The position numbers and the translations under genes were made by a program. From assembly GCF_006345805.1 (NCBI RefSeq), contig NC_043004.1, positions 104,656,001 through 104,720,000 on the forward strand: DNA of 64,000 nucleotides. Reading direction: 5' to 3'. The stretch comes from Octopus sinensis (Eukaryota). How positions within the stretch are numbered: position 1 is the stretch's first letter; every line of letters starts with the position of its first letter. Shown here piece after piece: positions 37,590 through 49,881 of this stretch. The notes beneath the pieces are model-generated. The model ran no database searches. It saw nothing but the letters and a program-made list of their open reading frames with translations, and was not told the DNA's origin.

Positions 37590-39484
37590 TTAAAACACAA
37601 AAATGAAGTACAGAGAGTTACTTACTTGTGTCGAAAGTTTTGGCTTCCTCGTTCTTTGATGTGTCTTCGAGGAGGTTTTTATACAGTTTTTGGGACAGAT
37701 ATTTCTGGAAACCCCTACAGCATTTGGGAAGAGGGCTTTGAGTTTTGTGTGTTGTGTTTGTGTGATGTGTAGTATTTTGATGTGTTTGGGTGGTGTAGTG
37801 CGTGGATGATTGCTATTTTTAAAGTCATCTTCACAAATGTTTGTGTATCCTGTGATGTACTCCATTAGTTTGGAGTCTTTGGTGTCTATCGCTGATAGCA
37901 TTGTTTTTGTGGTGTTGGTGCTTGTTTTGTGGTGTATGGAGTTTTCAGGGTTCAGGTATCTCCCTGCTTTGGTTGCGATTTCTTGTTTGGTTTTTCTTGA
38001 TCTTTTTCTTTTACCCCCTGTGGCTATTTGCCATTCTGTCGAACTTTCATCGTTAGATGAAAAGTCTGACGAATCAGCAGGGGGCAAGGGTAAAGCGTCT
38101 GGGTGTGTTTGTGCGGTTGTAGATATTGTTGTGGTGCGCGGGGAGGGTGTTGCTGGGGGGTTTGTTGTGGTTATTGTCCCACCTACATCCTTGGTGCTTG
38201 TCTTCTTCGTTGTTATTCTTGGTGTTGGAATTGGTTTATTTGTTGTTGGTGGTGATGATTCTATTCTTGGCGCTGGTGTTGGTGTTGTTTGGTTGGGTTG
38301 GCTTGTTCTTTGTTGTTTTTCCTGCATTTCCGCATACAGCTTCTTGACTAGCTGTCCATATTGTGGTGTGGACAATAATGCTGGCTTTTGTGATTTTTCA
38401 TGTGGCTGTTGTTGTTGTTGTGATTTTGCGGCAGATTTGCACTCCTTTTTGAGGTGTGCCTCACTGCCACATGTATAGCATCGTGGCCTTCTGCCCTCGA
38501 CTACTACGTATAACTTGCGGCCATCCTCAAGATGTACGTGGGTGGGGATTTTGTTGATGTCGTCTTGACTTATGTGGAAGAGGAACTCTATTCTCTTTCC
38601 CAGCCAGTCCTTGTTTTTCGAAACACCGATATCTAGGATGTTTAAGTCCTCCATTTCGGATGTTAAGGCGGATGTTATCCACAGTGTTGAGGTCACTTGG
38701 GGGACACCACTGATAATGACCTTCGTCACCTTCTGGCCGAGGTAACTCGGTTTCATCGTTAGTTCATCAGAATGAAGGGTTATCGTTGAGAATTTCTTCG
38801 CCAACTCTTCATTCTGAAAAACCACCTGTACGTCACATAATCCTTGTATCCCCAGATGGGGCGTAAGCACTTTTCGACTTTGTCTGTGCTTGCCTTTTCT
38901 GGACTTTTAGTTTTTTTATTTGTGATTTTATATACAATTGTCTTTTTTTTCTCCTCATTCAGTATGTCTTGAGGTATGTGTAAGAGTATTTTTCCGTTTT
39001 CATTTGTAATAAGGTTTCTGCAATCTTTAATCTGTTGTGTAGTAAACGAAACTTTTGTTACCTTTTCTTTTATCGCCTCGGCGAAGTTTGTTGTTGTTTT
39101 GTTATTGTTGTTACTGCCGGTGGTGTTGGTGTTGATGGCAGGGGTGTGGGTTGTAGGTTTGTGGTTGCTGATTATGCAACTAGCAAGGGGTGGAAAATTG
39201 CCTGCGTAATTTAGTCCTGCATTAGCGCAAATTTCGGCATTTCGTTTGCTTGTCGTCGTTATTTTTTCACTTGTTGGTGATGGAGTGAGCAGTGGTTGAA
39301 GGGAATTGTTGTTGTCGTCGTCGTTGTTGTTGTTGTTATTGTCGTTCTTGGTGACGGCGGTGGTGTTAGTGGTATTAGTAGCATTGACGGCACGGTCTTT
39401 GGTGGCGGTGATGGTGATGTTGGTATTGTTATTGGTGGCGATGTCTTTAGCAGGGATAGCAGTTTTAGTAGCAGATTCTGCCAT
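37590..39484 (-). CDS. LINE ORF1, gag-like nucleic-acid-binding protein (one frameshift near 38835 as assembled)
   Basis: ORFs 38780-39484 and 37590-38870 overlap; CX2CX4HX4C knuckle RCYTCGSEAHLKKEC; ends 21 nt before the ORF2 ATG. Confidence 0.8.
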
Positions 39485-39918
39485 GGTGTTGTTGTCGGTG
39501 TTGGTGGTGGACTCACTGATGGTGTTGACAGTGCTTGGCCTTTGCGACCTTGTTTTTATTGTTGCTGTTGCTGTTGTCGATGTTGATGGTGGTGGAGGTG
39601 GTGTTGTTGTCAGGTTCAGCGTATGCTAACAGAGCATCCTGTTTTTCTGTCTCTGCGTCACGCTTGACTTGCACCTCAGCCTCGTGGTGACCAGTGGCCA
39701 TTTTTGAAGTTAAAATGGCTAAATGAAACCACGAAGGCTATGAGAATTTTTTTAAAATTTTGCCCGCAAGGGGCAAAATTTTGTGTAGATATTTATCAAA
39801 GGTTTGCAGTGGATGTTGTTGCACAACTTTTAAACACAAAATATTTGTCAATATACACTTTTGAACGTATAAAAATACCAACTTACGTGGTGCCCATTTG
39901 ACTTGCGTCTGTCTGTCC

Positions 39919-39978
<60 letters not shown>

Positions 39979-40205
39979 GTGTAAAATACAAAATGGGACA
40001 AGAACGCAAAACATCCGGACAACTAGATGATACAAAAAGGGACAACAAAACATCCAGATAGACGGTACAAAGGAAATAAAGACGGGTCATTCAAAGTTTT
40101 CTATCTTCAGTCAAGAACCAGATTATCCTCGCAATTTCGGCTGGAGCAAATAAAGACGAATGTTAAATATATATATATATTATTATATATATATATATAT
40201 ATATA

Positions 40206-41087
40206 CAGAGTGTCCCAAAAGTCACTGACGGGTTTCAATTTTTTAATAACTTCCTTAACTTTACAAATAAATGCATAAAATTGTAATACAATATAAAGAA
40301 CATTATGGAAATTAGTTATTTAACCTTTTCCTTCTCTTTTCAGACTGTTGTGTATTCGTTTGAATGGGTTCATCAACAAACAAAATTGCCCTTCTGGGGG
40401 CTCTGAGAACCCGAGAACAGTACAGCAACGAGAACTGCACCCTGTAATGTGCACTGTATGGTGTGGATTGACAGCAGATGAAGTTATCGGTCCTCGTTTC
40501 TTTGAGAACGATGAAGGAAATGCTGTCACAGTGACTGGAGAACGGTACAGAACCATGATGAAGACCTTTTTGCGCACGGTCATTCAAAGCAGACCTCACG
40601 CATGGTTCCAGCAAGATGAAGCATCTGCTCATACCGACCCCCCCCCCCCAAAAAAAAACAAAAAAAAACAATGCAGTTGCTTCGGCAGTGCTTTGGAGAG
40701 AGACTTATCTCCCTCTACAGCAATGTTTACTGGCCTTCACATTCCCCAGACTTGACTAGCCCAGATTTTTTCTTATGGGGATACCTGAAAGAGAGGGTTT
40801 ACGTCAACAAACCAGAGACCCCTGGTGCACCTGAAGGAGAACATCAAGACAGAAATCAGAGAAGGGGTCTGAAACTATTGAAGGCATTATGGTGCAAGTT
40901 TTGGAAAGAGCACGGGCGTGCGAAGCTGAGAATGGCTGCAATTTAAGCGATGTCCTTTTTCATATGTGATGTAGTGGTGTTGAAAAATTTATGTCCTTTA
41001 TATTGTATCAAAATTTCAAGCATTTATTTGTAAAGTTAAGGAAGTTATTAAAAATTGAAACCCATCAGTTACTTTTGGGACACCCTG
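40206..41087 (+). mobile_element. Internally deleted Tc1/mariner-superfamily transposon (probably DD41D/rosa-like)
   Basis: TA|CAGAGTGTCCCAAAAGT...ACTTTTGGGACACCCTG|TA with ~70-bp TIRs. Transposase peptides VWCGLTADEVIGP, WFQQDEASAHT and WPSHSPDLTSPDFFLWGYLK. The 41-residue spacing depends on my reconstruction across an A/C-run insertion. Confidence 0.9.
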
Positions 41088-41344
41088 TACATTTTATATA
41101 CATACATATATATATGTTTGTTCCTCCTCAAGCCATGCCTGGTTCATAGAGCCGGTTTCCCGGTATCCTTGGCGTATAGGTTCCTCACCTGGACGGGACG
41201 CCGGTCCGTCGCAGGTTACCTGCAAGATGCAGGGGGAAAGAGTTAGATGCAGGGGGAAAGAGTTCTTGTTCTACAGTTCTAATGAAAAAATACCCCCTTG
41301 GTCTAAGAGTCGCTGGAAACAAAGGGTTCTTAAACTACCCCAGT

Positions 41345-42290
41345 GTATCTGATGTAGGAATGAAAACACTTCAATTGTTACAACAAATCGTAATAGTGGT
41401 TGCACTCAGCTAGGGCAGCTAGTCTTATACTGTTACAGAGTTTTGGCGGGTCTAAATGTCGCAGAACTGAGCGTTTCTCTTTCAGCTGCAGATTGTGAAG
41501 AGGGACAACAATGAACTGAACAGAATTTAGAAGCCCTACTGGATGATCGGGAGCATCATTAAACCATAAAGCGCTGAGATTTGCACTCACATAGCATGGA
41601 CTGCTGAGTACATTTTACGAAAATGAGACTACCATGCAGAATTAAAAAAAAATAGTTAAAATATCTTCTTAGTATATAATGGTGGGAGGTTTTACATGAT
41701 CTGAAAAGTCATTAGTTGAACTATTGGTCTTCTTGCATTCTGGCGGGTATCGGAGCGTTTGAGTCATATTAGACCCCAGCAAACGCCCATGAATTAAATG
41801 CATCTATCTGGGCAACGATCGTGGCCTGTGGACTTGTGCTTGACGGCCACGATCGTGGCCCGTCGCGCTTTATGTGTTAACATCAATTACTGTGTAAACT
41901 GACATATACCATTTGGAATGGGCTCGTACCAGTTGAATAATGGTGGCATTAATTATCCTGCACAATGACATTTTTGAGAAACACAATGGCACTTTCGCAA
42001 ATCTACTCTTGGTTTCTATTGTTCTGAGAGAGGCTCGGATACACTTTCAATCGTATTTTTTGAGTCGATGTGTTGTAAACCTGTAGCTGACATTATGCCT
42101 TTAAATGAAGTAAAGTTTTTGCCAACTGGGGCTACTGAAACATCTCTGTTAAATGACACACTCATGTAGGCTAAAAGATCAAAGATGCTTTGAAGCATAC
42201 TATCAACTTATTAACAGATTGCCCTTTGAGATAACTGGCAGAGTTTAGCTGAAATCACCAGAAAGCGTGACTGTGTTCCATTCATTTGAA
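41345..42290 (-). pseudogene. Decayed hAT-type transposase fragments (C-terminal dimerisation region)
   Basis: Frameshifted IVVP...ERN.SVLRHL...RLAALA resembles the hAT dimerisation motif; part (~41475-41780) is duplicated at ~45590-45895. Confidence 0.4.
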
Positions 42291-42358
42291 ATGTTGCAAA
42301 GTGCGATCGAGAACCTCAAATATAAGTCTATATAAGTCATTTGATTGATGTACAAATA

Positions 42359-42359
42359 A

Positions 42360-42453
<94 letters not shown>

Positions 42454-42500
42454 ATAATAATAATAAAATAATAATAATAATAATAATAATGATGATGATG
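42359..42500. repeat. (CTA)n-(TAA)n-(GAT)n compound microsatellite
   Basis: Direct reading. Confidence 0.95.
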
Positions 42501-42502
42501 AC

Positions 42503-42810
42503 AGGTTAGCTGAAAAGTCGAGGGATATGACAAGTTAGCTTGGGAAGTTAAGCAGTTGTGGTCGATGGAAAAGGTAGCAGTAGTATCAATAATTGCCGGA
42601 GCCCTGGGAACAGTGAGCAAAAGTCTCGAGAAGTACGTGGAACAAACAAGGGCTGCAATAAGGGTGGAGCACTTGCAGAAAACGGCATTGCTTGGAACCG
42701 CTTGAATACTCGGGAAGGTGCTCAAAAAGTAAGAGGTGTAATTTTTGTTCACTGATAGTGAACAGCTGACACCGTAGTACATCTCCAGCGTTAGAAGCTG
42801 TGCAAAGGCA
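42503..42810 (+). mobile_element. R4/Dong-type LINE 3' fragment
   Basis: YDKLAWEVKQLWSMEKVAVVSIIAGALGTV...HLQKTALLGTA*ILGKVL matches the C-terminus of the R4-type elements at 57.5-60.4 kb; flanked by TAA/GAT repeats. Confidence 0.75.
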
Positions 42811-42873
42811 ATGATGATGATAGCAACAACAACAACAACAACAATAATACTGATGATGATGAAGATGATGATC

Positions 42874-42911
<38 letters not shown>

Positions 42912-42934
42912 TATTATTATTATTATTATTATTA

Positions 42935-43068
42935 TTCTATGTTTGACTTTTGCTTTATATTTGTACAAGTTGGCTCCAAGTCTCACCCAGAGACCTCAAG
43001 AGACAACAGGGTTGGAAGTTCATGTTGTTGTTATGCCTAGTGTGCCATATATTTGGGGGGTGGGGCAC
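42935..43068 (-). mobile_element. 3'-terminal ~135 bp of an R4/Dong-type LINE within (TAA)n
   Basis: Nearly identical to ~58714-58842, the 3' end of the 58714-60430 element. Confidence 0.75.
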
Positions 43069-43069
43069 A

Positions 43070-43113
<44 letters not shown>

Positions 43114-43124
43114 CATTATTATTA

Positions 43125-43711
43125 TTGAGTGAGAGAGCAGTTCATGCCATCAAAGTGACACTGGGGTAAAATATACGAAGCCCAATATACCCATCATGAC
43201 TACCCGTCTGATAAAGGTACACCAGGCACATGCATCACAACCATATGTGCGCGACATGGTGATCTCATATCAAGATAAACAGCACATGACCTTGCAGGTG
43301 GGGCCCAGTTAGAATTTCCTTCAGGTTGAGTAGCCCATCCCGCTCAAACGGTCCCTGAATAAGGGTTGTTTAAGGATGTTGAAAGAACCACCCATGTTTC
43401 CAGAGGTGAACTATTCAAACCCCAAAGAATCCCTCTCAACACATGGCTATGATGCTCCCCCACTACTTCTGCTCGTGATCAGAGATGCACATATCGTCAG
43501 CCACTAAGGGACATGCTCAACTGGTTACGGTCAAACAACTGACAAGCAAATCTGTGGTATTGAGCAGAATATTTGCTGTAGCCCATCTTTTATACCAAGA
43601 CAAAACAATGTACATGATAACACTTCTAATCAGTTAAGATCAGAAGCCATGAGATCCACTGCCTGGTACTGCATCAGGGCATAGCCACTGCCTGGTACTG
43701 CATCAGGGCAT

Positions 43712-43712
<1 letters not shown>
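43125..43712 (-). mobile_element. ~590-bp non-coding interspersed element with an (AAT)n tail, in (TAA)n
   Basis: Reverse-complement copy of 61214-61769; the 5' 28 bp are tandemly duplicated; no tRNA-like head seen. Confidence 0.8.
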
Positions 43713-43754
<42 letters not shown>

Positions 43755-44042
43755 CATTATCATACCGTTTTATGTTTTAATATTAAGATTGAAAAAAATC
43801 GACCCTATTTATAAAAAAAATTTGGATCTTTAGCAAATTTCGTTCTTGTACTAAACGGTCAGATCCAACAGGTGCATTAAAGAAAACTATTCCTTCAGGG
43901 TAAGTTGTCACCAATTGTTTGACCCTTGAATAAGCCTTTCCTTTTTCTAGAACCAAGTCTGTTTCATTTCAGTGAACATATTGTTTGTTGAAGGTGTTAT
44001 GACCACTACAGCTTGTTACTCATTGCAATACTCTTTCCAGTT

Positions 44043-44616
44043 AAGGCGGCGAGCTGGCAGAAACGTTAGCACGCCGGGCGAAATGCGTAGCCGTATTTCG
44101 TCAGCCGTTACGCTCTGAGATCAAATTCCGCCGAGGTCGACTTTGCCTTTTATCCTTTCGGGGTCGATAAATTAAAGTACCAGTTACGCACTGGGGTCGA
44201 TGTACCCGATTTAATCCGTTTGTCTGTCCTTGTTTGTCCCCTCTGTGTTTAGCCCCTTGTGGGTAGTAAAGAAATAGGTATTACGTCTGTCTTTATGTTC
44301 TGAGTTCAAATTCCGCCGGGGTCGACTTTGCCTTTCATTCTTTCGGGGTCGATTAAATAAGTACCAGTTACGCACTGGGGTCGATGTAATCGACTTAATC
44401 CGTTTGTCTGTCCTCTCTGTGTTTAGCCCCTTGTGGGTGGTAAAGAAATAGGCATTACGTCTGTCTTTACGTTCTGAGTTCAAATTCCGCCGAGGTCGAC
44501 TTTGCCTTTCATCCTTTCGGGGTCGATAAATTAAGGACCAGTTGCGTACTGGGGGCGATCTGATTGACTGGCCCCCTCCCCGCAAATTTTCGGGCCTTGT
44601 GCCTAGAGTAGAAAAG
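44043..44616 (+). mobile_element. Family B SINE trimer with a 16-bp target-site duplication
   Basis: AATACTCTTTCCAGTT at 44027-44042 and 44617-44632. Confidence 0.92.
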
Positions 44617-46472
44617 AATACTCTTTCCAGTTCCTTTTCCTAAACCAGGCTTAGAATTCCCAACATGAAATTTAAAAATTTAATTGGACTTCTTGAAAAA
44701 AATTCAGGGTGTGGGGAACCTACATTGCTTTACATGAAAATGTAAAGTAATTTTTATTTATTCATTTATTTTGTGGGCGATATTTTCCCACTTTCAGATA
44801 TGAGCGAAGTCTTTAGAAACTCATTTGCAGAAAAAGAGTTTCGTTGAAGCCTAAGATGGAAAACAGCAATTTGATGTATGTTGCATAGCTACGGATTTGT
44901 AAAATTAAAGATAAATCATTTTTCTTCTCGACACAGATATGACTTACAAGCAAGTTCTAATGCACTTGTAATTTCCCACCGCTGGCCTAGAATATTATCC
45001 TAGTCTTTGTTTAAACTGGTTGGTTGCTGTGTCATTCTCACTTGTTGATCTTATTGGTGCTAACAACTTCAAAAAGTTATGGCTGGGAATGGAAAGGGAT
45101 AAAACAAAAATAACACATCTCAAATATTTTGAATTAAATCATATTGAAATCTTTTATACATACATATCTATTTTAAGAACTGGTTCAACACTCTAAATGT
45201 AAATTGGTTCTTTAAACTTATAAATTTAAATTTAATAGCAGCATAATATTTTAAATATTTATTTCTCTCAAAAAGTGAATTGACAATATTTACTCATCCA
45301 TTATTTCACAATACGTAATTAGCAGCCTTTATCAATTACTAATTGACTTCTGGGAAGAGGACGTCGTTTGACTTCGAGGAAAATACCGATTCTTATATGT
45401 GACGTCAGGGCTGTCCTGGTAACCTCATAGACCCCCGGGCGAATCAACATATTGAGCTATATACAACTTTATTGGCAGTAAGCCACGAAATACAAAAATC
45501 TGAATTAGACCCTTGAACGAAAGGGGCTGTGGGACAAATCAAAGCTCTGGGCCCTATAGTATTTATTTATTAACAGCAAGCAAGAGTATTTCTCTTTCAG
45601 TTGCAGATTGTGAAGAGGGACAACAATGAACTGAACAGAATTTAGAAACCCTACTGGATGATCGGGAGCATCATTAACCCATAAAGCGCTGAGATTTGCA
45701 CTCACATAGCATGGACTGCTGAGCACATTTTACGAAAATGAGACTACCATGCACAATAAAAAAAAAAATAGTTAAAATATCTTCTTAGTATTTAATGGTG
45801 GGAGGTTTTACATGATCTGAAAAGTCATTGGTTGAACTATTGGTCCTCTTGCATTCTGGCGGGTATCGGAGCGTTTGAGTCATATTAGACCCGAGAAGCC
45901 CCTGGGCAACTGTTTAGTGTGCTTTTGTCTTAAGACTCACAGAGCCGTCTATAACTAGCAAATTGGCAGAGCTGTTAGAGCATCGGATGTAATGCATTGT
46001 TGTATTTGTACCGACTATGTGAGTTCGAATCTTGTTGAGGGCAATTTTACATTTCCTCTTTTTGAGCATGAGAAGGAAAAAAAAAAGGTACCAGTGTGGG
46101 GCAGCGGTTTGGAAGAGGTGGGGAAATGTCAAACTAGATACCTTGCAGATTTGTTTCCGTTCTTTGAGTTCTGAGCTCGCATCCTGCTGAGGACCTCTTG
46201 GGTGGTGGGCTTAAATCCGTTACGCTGTTTAACACCATTACCTGGCACCTTGAGTACTTTAGCAGAGTCCACTCTATTGCAAGCATTCTGGCCAGGTCTC
46301 TGGTTTTAGGTTACTTTCCTTTCTCCCTCCCTCCCTCCCATCTGTCTCAGAGCCCCTGTTAAACCTTTCAGATCTGAGCCCATGTGTCTAACTTTACCCA
46401 TCATCTGGGCTACCGAGCAAAAAAATAAATAGTTGCATATAAAGCTCTAGATTAACGATTGCAGGGAAACTA

Positions 46473-46634
46473 ATGGACAGAATCAGCAACATCTTTTTCT
46501 ACGTGTTTGTTCATTACTGCTTTACTGGGAAATGGGAATTCGGCAGAGACGACGTTCAACCTATTCTCGCTAATACGGGAACACAGTGTGACAGGGTTAA
46601 GGGTCATGGGCACTGCCTTTAATAAAGACATTAA
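46473..46634 (+). other. Candidate first coding exon: signal peptide plus thrombospondin-N-like start (speculative)
   Basis: Removing one T from a T5 run gives MDRISNIFSTCLFITALLGNGNSAETTFNLFSLIREHSVTGLRVMGTAFNKDI, followed by GTAAGG and GTGAGT donor-like sites. ETTFNLFSL recalls DTTFDLFSI of thrombospondin-2, from memory only. Confidence 0.25.
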
Positions 46635-47125
46635 GTAAGGTGAGTGGAGTGAAGTTGTTACAACCGATATTAATATTGTGGAAGGAAAACTCAAGTGAAT
46701 GAACAAGACAACGAAAGGATGGTGTGGATGCTATTCAGACCCCGCACAGCTCTTTAAATATTATCAGTTCATTGACATCTAGGATGCATTATTGGAATAA
46801 TAAAACCGACTGCCTTATACTCGGATAATTCTCAGCTTTTCGACTCTGAAAGGAATAAAAGACAAAGTTGACATCGGTGGGATTCGAACTCTGAACGTAA
46901 AGAGCCGCATTTATCCGACACTCTTATGACACAGGAAGAAAAGCGTTCCAGGTATAAAAAAAATTTTTCGCAGGCACTGCACGCAGGATCACATATTCTA
47001 TGAGTCTTTTTTTTTCTTTTCCTTTTTTAAGATTGTCGGATGTGATTTGAGGAAAATTTCACAGCTATTTTTAACAAGTTGAGCGACGAGCGCGTGGAGG
47101 TTTCCTAAACTTAAGAACCTATAAT

Positions 47126-47490
47126 ATTTTCTACTCTAGGCACAATTCCTGAAATTTGGGAGAAGGGGGCCAGTCGATTAGATCGACTCCAGTATGCAAT
47201 TGGTACTTAATTTACCGACCCCGAAAGGATGAAGGGTAAAGTCGACCTCGGTGGAATTTGAACTCAGAACGTAAAGACGGACGAAATACCTATTTCTTTA
47301 CTACCCACAAGGGGCTAAACACAGAGGGGACAAGCAAGGACAGACAAACGGATTAAGTCGATTATATCGACTCCAGTGCGTAACTGGTACTTATTTAATC
47401 GACCCCGAAAGGATAAAAGGCAAAGTCGACCTCGGCGGAATTTGAACTCAGACGAAAAACCGCTAAGCATTTCGCCGGCGTGTTAACGTT
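47126..47490 (-). mobile_element. Family B SINE dimer with a 16-bp target-site duplication
   Basis: CTTAAGAACCTATAAT at 47110-47125 and 47491-47506. Confidence 0.9.
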
Positions 47491-49881
47491 CTTAAGAACC
47501 TATAATGCAATCGATAGAAGTTGTTGCGTAATAAAAAGGAGGCTCGATGTGAAAGTGGAGAAAGAATTGAAATTGTCCTGGAGTCTTCAATCAAGTTGAG
47601 GGTCTTCCACTTTTAAAGGGTGAACAAACTCTTATGGACTGGATTTTAATGTTCTAAGCTTATTAGTACAAAACAACGGCACTGTCTGTAACCATCCACA
47701 AGGAGAAATGTGCAGTCAAGTTATTCTCATACTTCGAATGAATTTTTCGGAAATGTAAGCGGAAGTTTTCACTTTTATAGAAAAAACAAAATGAATGAGC
47801 GAGTGGGCGAGTGAACTGGTTGGCGAGTAACATAGAGACTGGTGTGGGGAGCAGCAGCAGTGAATAGAAAGAGGCGATAGAGAGAGGGAAAGCGAGAAAG
47901 TAGAGTGAGGAAAAGACAGAAGTCTTTGTAGATTATTAAGTGGTAAACGGTTTTCATTTCACACACAACACGCAAGCAGGCAACCCATACACACATACAT
48001 CTACACTCGTTTAGGCGGTGTACATACAGAGGGCGAGTCTGTTCGGCAAGTTGTAATGACTTGTCTCGAAACTGAAGTGGTTTTACTCGAATGATACCAA
48101 ATTTGTTCTTCTTTGCGGTATCTGTTTCCGTTTAATGTTGGAGGAAGTTCAATGAAGGGGATGAACCACAGAACACAAAAATATGTGGGTCGCTGGTGGT
48201 TGTGGTGGCGGATGATGGACGAGGAAGGTCGCGTATTTTGATTGTTAAGTATGTTTGTCATAACAGTGATCAGATGGTCGTAGTTGGCAGTGGTGATGGT
48301 GGTGGTGTTAGTGTTTGTGTTGTTATCTCCAAATGAACCATGCTTGAGCAGACTTATAATTAAAAGCATTTCAACCGTGACCATCCTTTCTATGCATAGT
48401 GTATGTTCCTGGGGTCCCACCAGATCTTTAACCGTGTGTAGCAAAAGTCGTTGCAGTGTTGCTGTTTAGCTGTGTAATGGTACTGAAATAGTTTTAGTAG
48501 TAGTAGTAGTAGTAGTAGTAACTAAGTTTGTTCTCGTTGTTGTTTTGCCTTGGGGTCAATTCTAGGCCAGCTGACCAATGTTCATAAACATTCCATCCCG
48601 TCCTATTGAAATACGATGTGTCCTCTCCACCCCAACCACTCTGTTGCTGGGTGTGCATTGAGAAACTTCTGGCTGCTATTTCTAGCAAGTCGAACCCATG
48701 CGTACAGCTTTCGTTGGTTCATAATGGTGGTGGTGGTGGTGGTGGTTGTCGTCGTAGTCGTCGTCGTAATTAGTAGTTGTCAGTTATGCTTAATCGCTGT
48801 AAAGTTGTTTAGCCTCGAGTCAACCCTAATTGATCAACTATAGTCAAAGCTGTTCCAGCCGTGACCATCCCTTTTTTTTTTAATATCAGGGACGACATTG
48901 TTCGAGACATTCAGTTTTTTCTTTTTGTTTTTTTTTTCGTATAAAAAGGAGTGTGGTATGAGAAGTATTTGGCTACTATTTCTAGCAATGCTACCTCGTA
49001 CAAGCTACCAGTACTGTTATTGTTGGTGCAGTGGGAGATGATGATGATGATCACGACGACAATAATATTGGTGGTGGTGGTGATTGCTTGGTTTCTTTTT
49101 TCCTTTCTTTCTATGACGAGAAGCAACTGAATAGTAAAGGGCGGAAACTAGTTGGCCTGGGAAAGCTAGTTGTTATTTGTCTCATGTACTGTGGGTGCGG
49201 AGGGCAATCACACATTCACACAAAAACACATACACACACACACATACATACTCACACATGCTGTTGGAGCATTTATCAAAGTCTAATGACAGCCATATTG
49301 TAGTCATCAATAACAAGAGAACGGGATCAATAGTTCTGTGTTGTTGTTGTTTTTGTTTGTTTTTGAAGTTTTACCGAAATATTTTACATAAAGGGAAACC
49401 AAAGGTCGTTCATCTTTCAACCGTTGAATGCAAAAAATTATATAAAAAAACAAAAAAAAAACTGAAATAAAATACAAATAAAGCAAAGTTGCAAGCATGA
49501 TTCTGTGGTTAAAATGTTCATTTTGCTCCATGTGGTTTCGGGTTCAGTTCCATTGCGTGACACGTTGAGCGAGTGTCTTCTTATAAAACCTTGGCCGACC
49601 AATGCCTTGAGAGTCTGTCGGTCTCCATACAAGACTGTTAGGTGAACCTTGCTTGATCCAGCAGACTTGTGATTGAAGGCATTCCAGCCGTAGCTAATCC
49701 ATCTTTATATCTTCAGACGAAGTGTATCTTAGACTGCGTTAACCATATATATATTCGTTGCTTAATAGAATAGGATGTGATGCGAGTAAAGTTTAGCTAC
49801 TATTTCTCGCAGGTCGATCGGCCATCTGAAGCAGGCATGGGCGACCTTTTTGGAGAAGTAGGCTCATCGGTAGGTGGGCTG

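Larger units (their letters stand above)
33751..39700 (-). mobile_element. Near full-length L1-clade (Tx1-like) LINE with a (TATC)n tail
   Basis: ORF1 with a CCHC knuckle, ORF2 with APE, RT and a C-terminal Cys/His region; ~390-nt 3' UTR ending AATAAAGAAACATA then (TATC)n (33557-33750). The 5' boundary is approximate. Confidence 0.92.

Noticed and set aside
39754-39782. Perfect 12-bp hairpin AAAATTTTGCCC-GCAAG-GGGCAAAATTTT near the LINE 5' end
   Set aside because: No CTRR downstream to make it a Helitron end and no second copy; bacterial terminator logic does not apply in this eukaryotic context.
40040-40150. CTGAAGA-containing segment on the minus strand between GATA and TA repeats
   Set aside because: No GAAA after a plausible stem II; cannot be folded as a hammerhead.
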